Assembly: GCA_964036045.1 (NCBI GenBank)
Contig: OZ038378.1
Location: 24,924,001 to 24,988,000, forward strand
Source: Eutreptiella sp. 'Long Island Sound 2002'
Lineage: Eukaryota; Protista; Euglenida
Reading direction: 5' to 3'
Length of the DNA stretch: 64,000 bases
The position numbers were made by a program, and so were the translations under genes. The notes below the pieces were generated by a model. That model was not told where the DNA came from and searched no databases. It saw only the letters and a list, made by a program, of their open reading frames with translations. This document shows, piece after piece, positions 25,139-36,655 of this stretch. How positions within the stretch are numbered: the stretch's first letter is position 1; each line of letters begins with the position of its first letter.

Positions 25139-25939
25139 CATGGGGTGGGGGAAAATTGGCTTGCGCCCACGGGGGGTCACGGATGTCCATTTCCCAAACC
25201 CCCTCCCCCCTTCTGGCCCGCCGTGACGGGGCAGTGACAACCGGTATACACAGTCCCCCAGTCCCCCCCCCCTACCCCCAACGGTGGTGGTATTTATGTC
25301 CGGTCTATTCCGGTTGCATCCCATAGCACGGGGGGGGGGGGGGGATGCAACCTGCCTGCCCAGGCACCCAGCCATCAGACAGCACCTGTTTAACTCAGAA
25401 AGGATGGTTCGCCAAAAAAGAAAAAATAAAATTTGCAAAGTGGTGCTGTCAGTGGCCCCCTGTGTTTAACTGACTTTTGTTTGTTTCCTTGTCAGGGGCT
25501 GGTTGCTTCGGGGAAGGGGTCGAGAGCAGGGGGGGGGGGGTTTAAGGGGTATGTGTGCCTGTGACTGACACAAAGGGTCCCCCCTGATGGGGGGACCTGT
25601 AGAAAACTGTCTTGGGGGGGGCATGCACATGCAAACATGCAAACATGAAGACATAAAAAAGACGAAAAAAGCGAAGGGAAAAAAACATTACATGAAACTG
25701 GGTTTGAACCTAGGACTCTGGAATCAGAGCCTAGGCCTACTACCAACTAAGCTAAGTCAGGATCTGGCTAAAATCAAGAATCAGAGAGTGTATAGCATAC
25801 TAAAAAAACAAAAAAAAGGCTGACAATGAGGACCATACATAGGTCCTGTCACAGGTGTCCATTTCCCAAACCCCCCCCCCCTCCTTCAGGCGACAGCCGT
25901 GACCCCCCCCGGGCGCAAGCCAATTTTCGCCATCCCATG
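25139..25939. mobile_element. MITE-like element with ~45-bp terminal inverted repeats
   Basis: Left CATGGGGTGGGGGAAAATTGGCTTGCGCCCACGGGGGGTCACGG. Right end reverse-complemented: CATGGGATGGCGAAAATTGGCTTGCGCCCGGGGGGGTCACGG. Confidence 0.8.
25693..25765 (-). pseudogene. tRNA-derived pseudogene or SINE head
   Basis: A-box TAGCTTAGTTGGT and B-box GGTTCAAACCC. Anticodon arm is non-canonical (CTCTG-ATTC-CAGAG) and no acceptor stem is evident. Confidence 0.65.
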
Positions 25940-27429
25940 TGACTTCTTGAATTGCAAAGCGGGGTCCTGTTGGAAGCCAGACCTCCAACAATCAGTTGCC
26001 CCTGCCCAGGCTCCGTTGTGGCTCTGAGGAGGAGCAAATGATTTTGGGCCTGGATTCTAAATGCACCCATGCAGCCGTTCCCTCCATCTTGTCTGGGCGA
26101 CAACAAAATGCCTTCACCCGAGTTAGTGTTGCGAGATCTACACCCCACTGTTCCGACCCCACGGTTGCTATAATCAGCCTCCATTCACTACACATTTTGC
26201 ACAATCATCCTGCCACCCCAGGCACTTATCCTCACATCAATTCTTGAAGGGCATCTTTCCCCATGGTAACGCCCCACCCTCGCACAGTCACCACCAAAGG
26301 CACAGAAAACGACGATTTCACCAGGTGCCGGTGACTGCGCAAGGCCGGTGACTACGCGTGGCACCCCTGGTCCAAAACCATGATAAACTCATGACGCGTC
26401 CCCCAAACCCAAATGCAAGCACACATGCAGCAGCACAGCATTGCAGAACTCTGGTATCTGTTGAATTGCGTTTCAGTTTCTCATTTCGTCGGTTGATGTG
26501 GTGAGAGGGCCACTTCACCGCTACCCTCATATGTGATGTTGACGAAGCTGTCGCCAAGTGGCGAGGGACCAATGAGGACACCATTTGCCATGTCCCCAGT
26601 GGACGCCCTGTGCTTCAGAGGGTACGCAAGTGGAAGAAAAGACAATTGGGATTGCAGGACACACAATGGGAATTCTTCAGGAAAAAGGTACACCTTCTGG
26701 TAATAAAATGTGCACACCACCACACAAAACAAACTGAAAACCCAATTGGTTGCAAAAATGACGGTTTCACCGGGTAGTGGTGACTGTGCAAGGGCGCTGC
26801 TTGCTGAACCATGAAGTAATCGATACTTAGCTACCGAAAAGACCCTGTGTCATAGGCGATTCAGTCATTGCTCAATCATTCTGCAGTTCGGCATGTGCAC
26901 TGTCTAGCTGCACTGCAGCTCATCTGTTCTGGCGGAGGGTCAGCTCCTTCCCCTCCCTGGGAATCCGGTCAGGCAGTCACTTCCCTTGCGTCTTTTACTC
27001 CCAGTGCCCTCCGAATCAACAGAGCTAGTCACACTGCTGCCACTGGCACCGCCACTGTCACTACTCTCATTTTTACTATCATCTGTGAGACTGCAAACCG
27101 TAGTCCGACGAGTCAGAATTGCAGTCACTTACTACTACCCCATTGTCCGCCTTCCAAGTACGAGGCAAGGAGTTCACAAAGTGGGGGTTGTCCATTGCTT
27201 AGAACTAGCCCCATGTCACAATCCCCTCACTGACTAATTTGGAGCAATAGTAAGAACAACGGAACTGATTGCGAAAGTACACGGAATGCCACAGGGGTAA
27301 CTGCTCCCGTTCTCTAAGGGGGGGGGGGGTCACTTGTGGGGCCACCTGTAAGATCCACAAGATTTCGCTCTGACCATCACAAAAACGTCAAGCCCGCCGT
27401 GCGCACCATCACAAGCTGAAGGTACGGCA

Positions 27430-27780
27430 CGTTATTCGCCGACGGAGCAAATCCAATTGATGATGCCCACTTGGAACGATATTGTCGGCCCCTGCGGAAA
27501 CATGTGTTGCCCCCTGAGTAAGCTCACATGGTGCATGAGGAAAAGCTCCTGGAAGCGCCAGGCCTCCCTTGTGTCGGGGCCTCGAGAGGATAGGTAGGGT
27601 AACACCCCAACTGTTGCTACCCAGCATTATGTGCCACACTAGCTTTAGCTGACGGATCACCGATTCCAGTGCGTAGTAGGCCTTAGCCACCCACGCCACT
27701 ACCGGCAGGATCCAGGTTTGGGGAGGTTCAGGGGGTTTAGGGGGCAAGGAGGCAGAGAATGGCTGCATAAACCCTGCCAC
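27430..27780 (-). mobile_element. Degenerate LINE (L1/Tx1-like) RT C-terminal remnant
   Basis: WILPVVAWVAKAYY...LSRPRHKGGLALP resembles the L-P---GGLGL thumb motif of non-LTR RTs; frameshifted downstream. Confidence 0.5.
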
Positions 27781-30700
27781 ATCAGTCTGACAGCAGGACT
27801 CGCTACTTAACGGCTGTTGTCTCCCAATTGCCACAGCAGGGAGGAAGAAACAAACGCTTCATAAACCCCTGCTTTGCTGACTGGGGAGGCACACAATGCA
27901 TACATCACACAATGCGAAGAAGGGCAACACTACCATTGCTGTCTCAGGGTCCCCAAAGCATGGAGGTGAACAACAGCTACTTATGCACTGCCATATCGAG
28001 GTCCCCAAAGCAGGGAGATGAACAGTGGCTGCATCAATGTGCTCTGAGGGTCCCCGAATTGTGTACCGCATAACCCCTGCCGCCTTGAGGTCTCTCCCAT
28101 GCAGGAGGGGTGAACAATGGCAACCAATTCCAAGTGCCTTGGGTCTTGAAAGTGGGGAGGTAAACAACGGCCACCCAACCACAGACGCTTCAATGTCCCC
28201 AAAGAGGGGAGGCAAGGAAAGGCTACAAGGCTACTTGCCATCTTGGGGTCCAAAAGCTGGAAGGCAAGCATAACTAGTGCCACACCAAGATACCAGTGCA
28301 CCACACGCTAGCTACATAAACCCCGTTGTCCGGACCTTCAAAATGGGGAGGCACACATTGGCTGCAAAACCATTGCCATCGGTAGTCTTCTCATGTCTTG
28401 TGTGTCTGCACACGTCCTTGCAAGTGACTCTCTGTTAGACTCTTTGCCCAAAAAAAAAATGGATGGATCATGAAGAGCAGGTGTTGACACAACACTCCCT
28501 TAAGAGGTCCCTTGGGGGAGTACTTGCACATCGCGCTACTTTTGTAGCCAATACACCTAGAACACCCTGATTTTACTCCAAAAAAAGTGGCCCCCAGGGA
28601 GAGCAAACCAATGGGCCACAAGACTTGTGTAAACCCTCCTTCCAACAATTAAGAGGGCAATATAATCAACTACTTTTTTGCTTGTGCACAATGTAAAGCG
28701 GGCCTATTCACGTAATGTGTGTCCCAATTGACACGACAAATAGCAATGGTGTGGTTGCAGCAGCGGTTACGCTTAGATAGGGCTGGCTCCAATCTGCTTA
28801 TGCGGGGGCACCCCACGTCAAACCATTTGACCCCCCTCCGTAAGAGAACCCACCCCCAAAGCGTGTGGCTGATGCCAACACAAGGAGGGGGCAACGTCTG
28901 GGTTTCGGTGTGCGTGCCACCGAGACAGGTGGAGAGCAGCGGCACAGGCGGCCGGGGGTCATTGGAGGATCATGGATGGAGATGCACTGCTAGTGGTCTC
29001 CAACCTCCCGGGTAGCAGTACTTGCCTGGGGGCACGGGACCTATAACTGGGCGGTTGTTACTTGGGGCAATGTGTGGCTCCACAGGCCTTCAAGAATCCA
29101 ACCCTCTTGCAGGTGGGTGCGCTTTGATCACTGCCAGCATGACCCCTTCGCGGCCTTCTCAGGTAGAGGGCTCTGATTCCAGAGGATCGTTTAGCTTGTT
29201 TCGGCGGCCACGTGCAGGGAATGCTTTAGGGTGCCTTCGTCATTTGCCCCTCCTCTGCCTGAGAGGGTGGAGTTAGTTGGGTGCTCTCCCCATAGATTCT
29301 TGTCTCCTGCTGCCACGGATTGTTTTCGCCCATCTCTCTTTCCCTGTGCCCCGTTCTGCTCATTCCTTTGTTGCTGCAAGATGATCCATGCATTGTAACG
29401 GTGAAATGGCAGGTTGGTTGGTGGGGGGTGGTGCTAGGTCTCTACAGGTCCTGCCCCCCCTCCCCCTGCTTTGAGGTTGTATGCCGTGCAAGCCAATAGG
29501 AATGGGGTTGTGGGGTTTCAAGACTATGGGGCTTGGGGTGCGGCAAAAATCGCATAAAAGGGTCATCATGGCGAAGCATGCAACACAAAATTCACGGCAA
29601 AAAAGCACGTTCTTACAATTATGCTGATATTGAAAAACATGCAGTGTCCCCAACAGCAACCCTGATGCTTTGAGGAAACAATACACGGCATCCAAGTATC
29701 AGTGCCATGCATGTAAAAAACGAGTTTCAATATTCTAAGTAGGAGGGATTTCAGGTCCCCCCCATTGTTGCATAACAAAAATGTTCCACATGGGGTTTTT
29801 GACATATGTAAAGAAAACTCACGCCAAAATCTGTGCCGGAAAGTTTTATTGAAAGGTTGGGGCCATGAGCAACGGATGCTAAGCTCGCATATACCCCCTT
29901 GACACGGGCCTATGGTGATAGCCACCATTCTCAGTTCATTGTTTTGCCTTGCGGCACCGCAGCACAAACCAGACCAGTCCCGAATGTTGCCTTGAGGTCA
30001 ACGCGCAAGGCGGCTATGGAATGTTTCATGGGCCGCCCCGGTCAGCTCTTCCCCCTCCCACAGGTGCCGGTTAGCCATAAACCTTGCATGTGGGTGCCGG
30101 TTTGCCACAAACCTTGCATGTGGGAGTTCACACTTCACCGTATTTAACACAAAAAACAAAAGCAACGGCTCCGTGGTTGGCCGGCCGGGGCTGAGCTTTG
30201 TGTTTGGGGGGTGTTGTTACTTGTTTCCGCCGTGTAGCCATGCTTGCTACACTACCCCGTATGGGAAATGGTCCAATGTGAGGTGTGGCATCACACATCC
30301 CCTTCGGTAACGGTGAACGCTGATTCTGCAGAAGCATTTGTTTGTACCAAGAGAAACGGCAGAGGCCCCAGGCCTCCCACCCCCCTCCCCTGCCCCCGAG
30401 CGGCCAAACAGGTCATCTGTTGGATCGTGGGGAAATCGGAGCACCACACTGCACAGCACAAGTCACAAGTATGCTCTGATGGGAGGTGTCAGGATGCATA
30501 GTGGCCAAGGCTCCACGCTGCATGTGACCAGAGGCATTGTTGGAAGTGGTGGAGTACAAAACATTCTTTCACTGGCAGGGATGGGAGGACGGATGTACAG
30601 TAGGTCAGCGACAAGGGAATATCCCATGCGGTGCGGCTCAAAACGCCAGGCACGCCACCATGAGCCCAAGCTGGTGGATTTTCGATTTTCGACTTTCGGT

Positions 30701-32695
30701 GGATGCCGTCTTCTTCAGTGGCCCAAACGGTTGAATCCCTGAGGCCAGATTGCTCCTTCAGTGGCCGATTGTTTCGGCCCTCCCCCCACGGGTCCCTCAT
30801 GGGCTCACTGGGTCGGCAGCTGTACCCAATCCCACTCCCGCCGTTCCAGTGCCTTGCCTGTGCCCCCCCCCCCCCCACTCATGTGAGCAACATTAAAGTC
30901 CCAATAATTTGACGGAAACAAGACCTAGTGTTGTTGTGACCAGGAGGGGGTTCTGACAAAGCAGCACATGGTCCCAGAAGTTGCGGAAAGAACCCCCACT
31001 GTTGTTCTGACAAGGGCGTTGTTCTCACAAGAGGGGGGGGGGGGGCAGGTGGAACATGCACCCAACGTCTGGCCACGTACGCACCATGCTTCGTTTCTGT
31101 GTGTGACCACGCCCCCTTCCCCTGGAAGCAATCAGTCACTCACCGACACCTTCCCATTTACCTCTGTCCTGCTTTCATTCTGCGACGGTGCTTTTCATTT
31201 ACCACCGAGCTAACTTGCTTCTATTGGCATCCACGTTTTTCGAAAGGGGGCCCTAGGGGGAGGGGGTAGTCCACAAGGGTACAACGGAAAGCTGGTATGC
31301 AGCCCCAGGTCAGATACCAGCGCAGTTTCAGACCGCATCAGACTGCTCAGACTGGCAGACAAACAGCATGTATAGCAACTCCGGCAAGCTGACCCTTTTT
31401 AGCCATAATCTGACGATGGTCGTCACACCAGGCGTCACACCCTCAACAATTTGTAAGCTGTCCAGTATCCAGCGTCCAGCTGACCCTGTTTAGCAGAGCC
31501 ATGCTCCTCATAGGAAGGGGTGGGGAGGTTGGGAGAAAGGGGGGCAAAGTTGGCCCTCGGCGTCTGTGGTGTACCGCCAACCCATTCAGGCAAAAGGTCT
31601 CATGGAAAAGGAGGGGCAGTCTTGTTGAGACCACAATACAGTGTGCACTGCCGTGCTTTGGCGAACACGTTGGAGACGAGAACAGTAACCCTGGACCCCC
31701 TCAAACACATCTCCAACAGTGGTGGCACATGTGGCAGTACTCAACAGCGGCAGTCATGCTAAACCATAAACACTCACCCAGTGTATTAGGCGGCCACTGC
31801 TGGGCAGCACAACGCTGCACTGAAGGGGCTGGTCTGGACTCCTTGAGTAGTCTATGTCTCCTGGGGCCGGAGATGGTCCCAGAGCTGCCGTGGCACCAAG
31901 CCCAAGCTCTGGCGAAGCTCCTAAACACATGATTTCGTTTACTCTGTGCCGTGTGTCCGTATCGGCTGTGCCGTTTCGCCTTCATGGCATACCCCACCAC
32001 ACACACCCTGTGCGTGACGTTCCGTCCTGTTGGTTTGCCACACCCGTCCGTGCACTGTCTGCTGTCAGGGGCGCGCGGCGCGCTGTCCATTCGCCCACTA
32101 GTCCTGCCTGTCCGCATGTGGCTCACCTCAAGGCTCCAGCCGCTTTCCTCGTTTTTGACGGGTCCTCTATTCGTTGGTAGCCGGAATCCCTGTGGGAAGA
32201 CCGTAACTGCTGCTGCTGGCTCATCGTCCGCCCCACCCCCCAAACTTAAGTCCTTCCGATGCACCGGTAAGAGCACGGGGTCAGAGCGAGTGGCTCGCTC
32301 TTTGCCGAACTTCTTCGCATTATTCTTGTGAACCTGAATGACCCCCTTCCCCACAAATAACTATCAAGCCTCCCAAGCGTAATACCCCCCTCACAGACAC
32401 ACAATGACCCCCTCTCCACCGCCCTGGCGGTGCCTCCGTTTGGGCAGTTGGAGGGCCGTTGAGGGCAGTTGAGGGGCAGTGGGAGGGCAGTGGGTGGGCA
32501 GTGAGGGGGCATTGCACTTTCCAGTGGGTCAATCGGCCTCTGGCCCTCAGCCATTGCAACACTAGGCGTTCAGTGGTTGTGGTGCATGCTGCCAAAAGAA
32601 GCGATGTTGTCATGGCGCCGGGGGGGGAGAGGTGTCTCCGTGGGCCAGGGTGCCATATCCCTGCTTCATGACTAGAGTGTTTGCGTCGGGAAGCC

Positions 32696-34543
32696 TCAGC
32701 TGGGGGCCTGACTGCTGGTGGAGTTTGTTGCAGTCTCAACCGCCCTGCGCGCCGCACTCAGCACCGCTTGCAGGACCGCCTCTTCATCCACCTCGTCGCC
32801 CTCCCGCAGCGCAACCGTTGGGGCGTGCAGTAGCCGCCGCGTGCTCGCCCGCACCACCTCCGCATGCCGCGCCGCTGCTCCGGCGCCCAGTTCCGCAGCC
32901 ACCACGTCCTCTGCCCGGGCACGCAGCCGTGTGATGGCCGCGGCGCTGTCAAGCGCCCGCAAGTCCGCCGCACACTGCGCCACGGCGGGCCCGACGACGT
33001 CGCGGGCCACAGCAGCCGCGGCGGTGCGGCGGGCCACCGTGGAGTGCGCGCTTTCCGGGACGGCGTACCTGCCGCCGCCGCTGTACTGACGCAGTGCCGC
33101 GACTTCCGGGAGTATGTCCGGGTTGCGCGCGGCCTTCCCGGCGGCGAGTCCGGCCCGCAGAACAATGCCCAGGCGCGGGCCGCAGGGGGCCGGCATTGCG
33201 AACGCACCGCCGCGGCTGCCAAAAGCAGACGCGAATGGGTCGCCGGACGCCGGGGGTGAAGTCGCGGGCGCAGCCGCCGCGTCAAGGGTGCGCTTTAGCT
33301 GCAGCATCACGTGGGCGTCGCGCGCGGCAAATGGGCGGAACGCCGCTGGATCCTTCCCCGCGAGCCCGACGGCGAGGACGCAGCAGTGCTGCGCCACGGC
33401 CTCCACGCCCGAAACCGGCGTCAGCACCGCGGCCAAGGCCTGCGGGTCCAGGTCGGAGGCAGAATCGCGAATCGCGGCATCGGTGGCGGCGTCGCAGCTG
33501 CCGGGCCGGACGACTCGGGCCTCGTCGTCCGCCCACGCGAGCCACCGCGGATTCCGGCGCCACGCTGCAAACTGCACGGCGATCTGCTCTGCCACATGGC
33601 CCGCGACCGCAGCCCCGGACGTCGGCGCGGCCGTCGCGACGTAGACGTCGAGGCGGGCGCAGTTCGCTAGGACAACGCACTCCTCGACGGGCACGGCCGC
33701 GGTCGCCGAGGCCACGATGACCGCGGCGAAGCGGCGGACGGTGCGGGGCCGCGGTACCCAGCGATCGGCCCCGTCGCCCAGGACCGCATCCTTCCATTCC
33801 CAGCAGTCGTTGCCGGCCCGGCTCCAGATCTGACCCTCTGCCCCCGGCTTCAGCATCGACACCAAATGCACTGTGTCCTGTACGGCCGCGAGCGAGCCCA
33901 CGTGGCCTGCCTCTGGGTTTGCGCCCGAATGCCGTAGGGCGCACCGCGACGGGGTCAGGGAACGCGCGCGCGCCGTCCCCCCCCCCGCGCGCTTCCCAGC
34001 GATGCCACAGAGTGCGACGGCACGGGGCCCGGGCTGCGGTGCAGATACGGCGCGCAGCGCTCTGCTGCACCAGAGGGCCCCGCAGAGGGTCACGAGGCCG
34101 GCCGCAGGCACCAGCCACCCGCTCGGGGCGAAGGAAGTGCTGGAAGGCGGTCCCTGCGGTCGTGGATCCCAACGGAATCGGTTGGTGCATTTCACGCAGT
34201 CCGCGGGGACGCCCCCTGTGGGACGTGTGCAGGGGCTGTGTGGTCGGCTGCCGAGCACGCGCCCACGCGTTGCAGCGCTGGGGCCTGCGAGAAGAGTCAG
34301 GCTCGCGGGTGTGCGGAGGGGGTGGGCCCTGTGCTGCGCGATGGCGGACCGCAGCGGGATCGCGCCTGCACAAAGCGTCGTACCCATGGGGCTGTGGGGG
34401 ACGACCCGAGGGAGGCACAGCACAATGAGTGCGACGACGAAGGCCGTAGCCGGGAGGGGCCACGCGAGGGCGGGGCTTGGTGTGGGCGCACAGTGCTGTG
34501 CGCCGCTTTCGGGGGCGGCGTAGAGAGGCCCGGCGGGCCCCAT
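32696..34543 (-). CDS. Plastid-targeted glutamyl-tRNA reductase (HemA/GluTR)-like protein lacking the NADPH-binding domain, 615 aa, intronless
   Basis: EECVVLANCARLDVY resembles VVLSTCNRTELY. EAVAQHCCVLAVGL resembles DAVSHLMRVASGL. RDAHVMLQLKR resembles GEPQILGQVKK. LRALDSAAAITRLRARAEDV...TRRLLHAPT matches the dimerisation domain. No GAGE motif. First in-frame ATG is 34543 (the track ORF starts at TTG). Confidence 0.82.
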   Translation of the reverse strand: MGPAGPLYAAPESGAQHCAPTPSPALAWPLPATAFVVALIVLCLPRVVPHSPMGTTLCAGAIPLRSAIAQHRAHPLRTPASLTLLAGPSAATRGRVLGSRPHSPCTRPTGGVPADCVKCTNRFRWDPRPQGPPSSTSFAPSGWLVPAAGLVTLCGALWCSRALRAVSAPQPGPRAVALCGIAGKRAGGGTARARSLTPSRCALRHSGANPEAGHVGSLAAVQDTVHLVSMLKPGAEGQIWSRAGNDCWEWKDAVLGDGADRWVPRPRTVRRFAAVIVASATAAVPVEECVVLANCARLDVYVATAAPTSGAAVAGHVAEQIAVQFAAWRRNPRWLAWADDEARVVRPGSCDAATDAAIRDSASDLDPQALAAVLTPVSGVEAVAQHCCVLAVGLAGKDPAAFRPFAARDAHVMLQLKRTLDAAAAPATSPPASGDPFASAFGSRGGAFAMPAPCGPRLGIVLRAGLAAGKAARNPDILPEVAALRQYSGGGRYAVPESAHSTVARRTAAAAVARDVVGPAVAQCAADLRALDSAAAITRLRARAEDVVAAELGAGAAARHAEVVRASTRRLLHAPTVALREGDEVDEEAVLQAVLSAARRAVETATNSTSSQAPS

Positions 34544-34601
34544 CACCGGAGGGTGCCGCCGCAATGGCCCCAAAGTGGCAGAATGTACCCCGTCAAAGGG
34601 C

Positions 34602-34645
34602 CTAAAGTGAGGCGGAGTGCGTAGGGGGTTGGGGGTTGGGGGTCG
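34602..34645 (-). promoter_or_regulatory. Candidate trans-splice (SL) acceptor for the GluTR-like gene
   Basis: C-rich tract CCCCCAACCCCCTACGCACTCCGCCTCACTTTAG ending about 58 nt before the ATG. Confidence 0.45.
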
Positions 34646-36077
34646 GACGCACTGGCGCTCGCTAACTGAGTGCCTACACCTTCTTTAGTGATGATTGCGC
34701 CACATCATGCCATCCACTGGCCCTCCGGTAGCCCGGCACTGGTTGTGCTTGGCGTTGAATGCTGTCCTCCCGCCCCCAGACCGAAAAGCAGGTGCGCAGT
34801 AGGCTCTCGCTCTGTCAGTGCGTCTTTGCCGTGCGCTGTTCACACACCAATTTGCATCCCCCCCTCCTTCCCAGTCGCCTTTGAAGTTCTGTGCCTCTGA
34901 GTGGGTGCAATCCAGTAGCTCTTGGTGGGGGGTTGTGTTACACAGGGCACGTCCACCAAAGGTCCCACCTACGCCTTCGCTTAGCTCCCCGTAATGAGGG
35001 TCCCCCCACTCCTCTGCAGTTTTCCCCTGCTGACTGGCAACGAGGTGTGCTTGCTTTGGTGTACATCTGTGCTGGCCTCGAAGGGGGGCGCAGTACATTG
35101 CACGAGTCACCTGGCAGTCCGTTTTCCGGTACGATGTCCTGAGCAAGTGTGGGCACCCCACACCCCACACCCTCCCTCACTGCAGGTGTGTAGCCCTTCT
35201 TCGGCGACCACAAGCTGTTTAAGTGGGGACCCTGCCTGCCCCCTTGCAGCCTGCAAACCTACGCCCATGGGCAGCAGCAGTTTTGCGCCCACACCGCGGG
35301 GCCGACAACAACATCACGGCTCTTGGGGGCTTTGGGAGGTTCATTGATGCGTCTGCCGCAATCTCCTGGTTCTTGTGAGTGGTCAACAGTTTTTTACTCC
35401 CCATTTATGTGTCGTCGAAATGCTCAGAAGTGAATGGGGTATTTGAACATGCCGCAGAACAACACGTGATCCTCCCCCCCTCCCCTGCACTGGAGCCCCT
35501 GCTTAACACGCCGGTGTGAGAGGCCACAACTACACTGAAACGCTCCCCATGGCGCAGATGTAGTGCACAGGCTCACCCTGCTTCATAGGATCGCCCTTAT
35601 GCATCTTTGTCCTTCCCATTGATTGCTTGTTTGCTGCGCGGTTGCTGCGCCTCTGTGGCACCCTTGGCCTTCTTCATACTGCTTTTGGACGCAATCATGA
35701 TTCCACTGCAACAGTTCGAAAGTCTTTGGGATGCTATGTACAGGATGCATACATCTATGAACAGAAAAGCAACTCATAGTTATATGGGCCTGATTTCGAA
35801 AGCCAAATCAAAACGATTTAGTTGCGGGCGTCATGGTGAGACGACAGCCCTATAATATACTCGCTGTCTACATGCATAAAACTGCCTTCCTTCTCAGTTC
35901 CTGTCGGTAAAACCCCGGCACTCATTCGGCCATACAGTTGCTGAGTCCTAGTCTATGGCGTGTGTGTAGTGTGTTGGCTCAAAAGGAAGGTTGGCTGTGT
36001 ATGACTGGCACTGTGGTTTGTGGGCAGTAATGTTGGCTGTAGCTTGCTGAGGGCTGTCGGCCCAAAAGATAGGTTTT

Positions 36078-36150
36078 TGGCTACGTGCTGCAGCGGCAGT
36101 GCAGCTGGCCGCTACCCTGAAGTCGCCGGTTCGAATCCCCGAGAGGGGAA
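36078..36150 (+). pseudogene. tRNA-derived SINE-like head
   Basis: Perfect B-box GGTTCGAATCCC with a degenerate A-box (CGTGCTGCAGCGG); no canonical cloverleaf. Confidence 0.55.
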
Positions 36151-36382
36151 TACGAGGAGGAGATGCGGCTCCCGTCGGCCGGCGGTGCCAGTGGCGGGGC
36201 GCGCTGCTGCAGGTATGCGGTGCCTGGTGCCTTGTTTTTCTGCATGTAACGTATCATGTCATAGACTGAGTTGACAAAAACTACGAGGACGAGACACGCC
36301 ACCCATCCACCGGCGGTACTGATGGTGGAGGGGGGTGCTGAAGGGGGCGGTGGCGGGGACCTCGCCAATGGGCCCCTAGACG

Positions 36383-36463
36383 GACGGACGAACCGGGGCT
36401 TGAACCCCTGACGACGACGAGCGCCAGCCCATGGCACATACCACTAGACCGACCATGCCTCTT
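36383..36463 (-). pseudogene. tRNA-derived head (A-box GGTCTAGTGGTATG, B-box GGTTCAAGCCC)
   Basis: D-arm region resembles tRNA-Pro/Gly; T-loop present; a homologue sits at 269-335. Confidence 0.65.
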
Positions 36464-36655
36464 GCGTTATATAGCGTAAAAGTGTTATAAATCCAGCGGA
36501 TCGACCCGTCAGGGGGGAAGCAAAACAAGTAGCAAATCAGGGCCTATCGCTAACGTGTGGTTGCCGTGGCAGGAAGGTCAGCCCTAGAAAATCCTGGAAA
36601 AGTCGTGTGCTCATAAGTGGTGCTAGGAGGGGGCCGTAGGCCCAGCCCCTGTGGT

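Noticed and set aside
26940-27090. Ser/Asp-rich KRRK segment as a possible 5' exon of the RRM gene
   Set aside because: Splice phase does not join directly to exon A and no intermediate exon was found.
32718-34624. Many long plus-strand and alternative-frame ORFs overlapping the GluTR-like gene
   Set aside because: Shadow ORFs of a very GC-rich CDS; Arg/Pro/Ala-rich with no motifs.
25693-36463. Functional tRNA genes at the three A/B-box sites
   Set aside because: None gives a 7-bp acceptor stem with a canonical 7-nt anticodon loop; treated as tRNA-derived.
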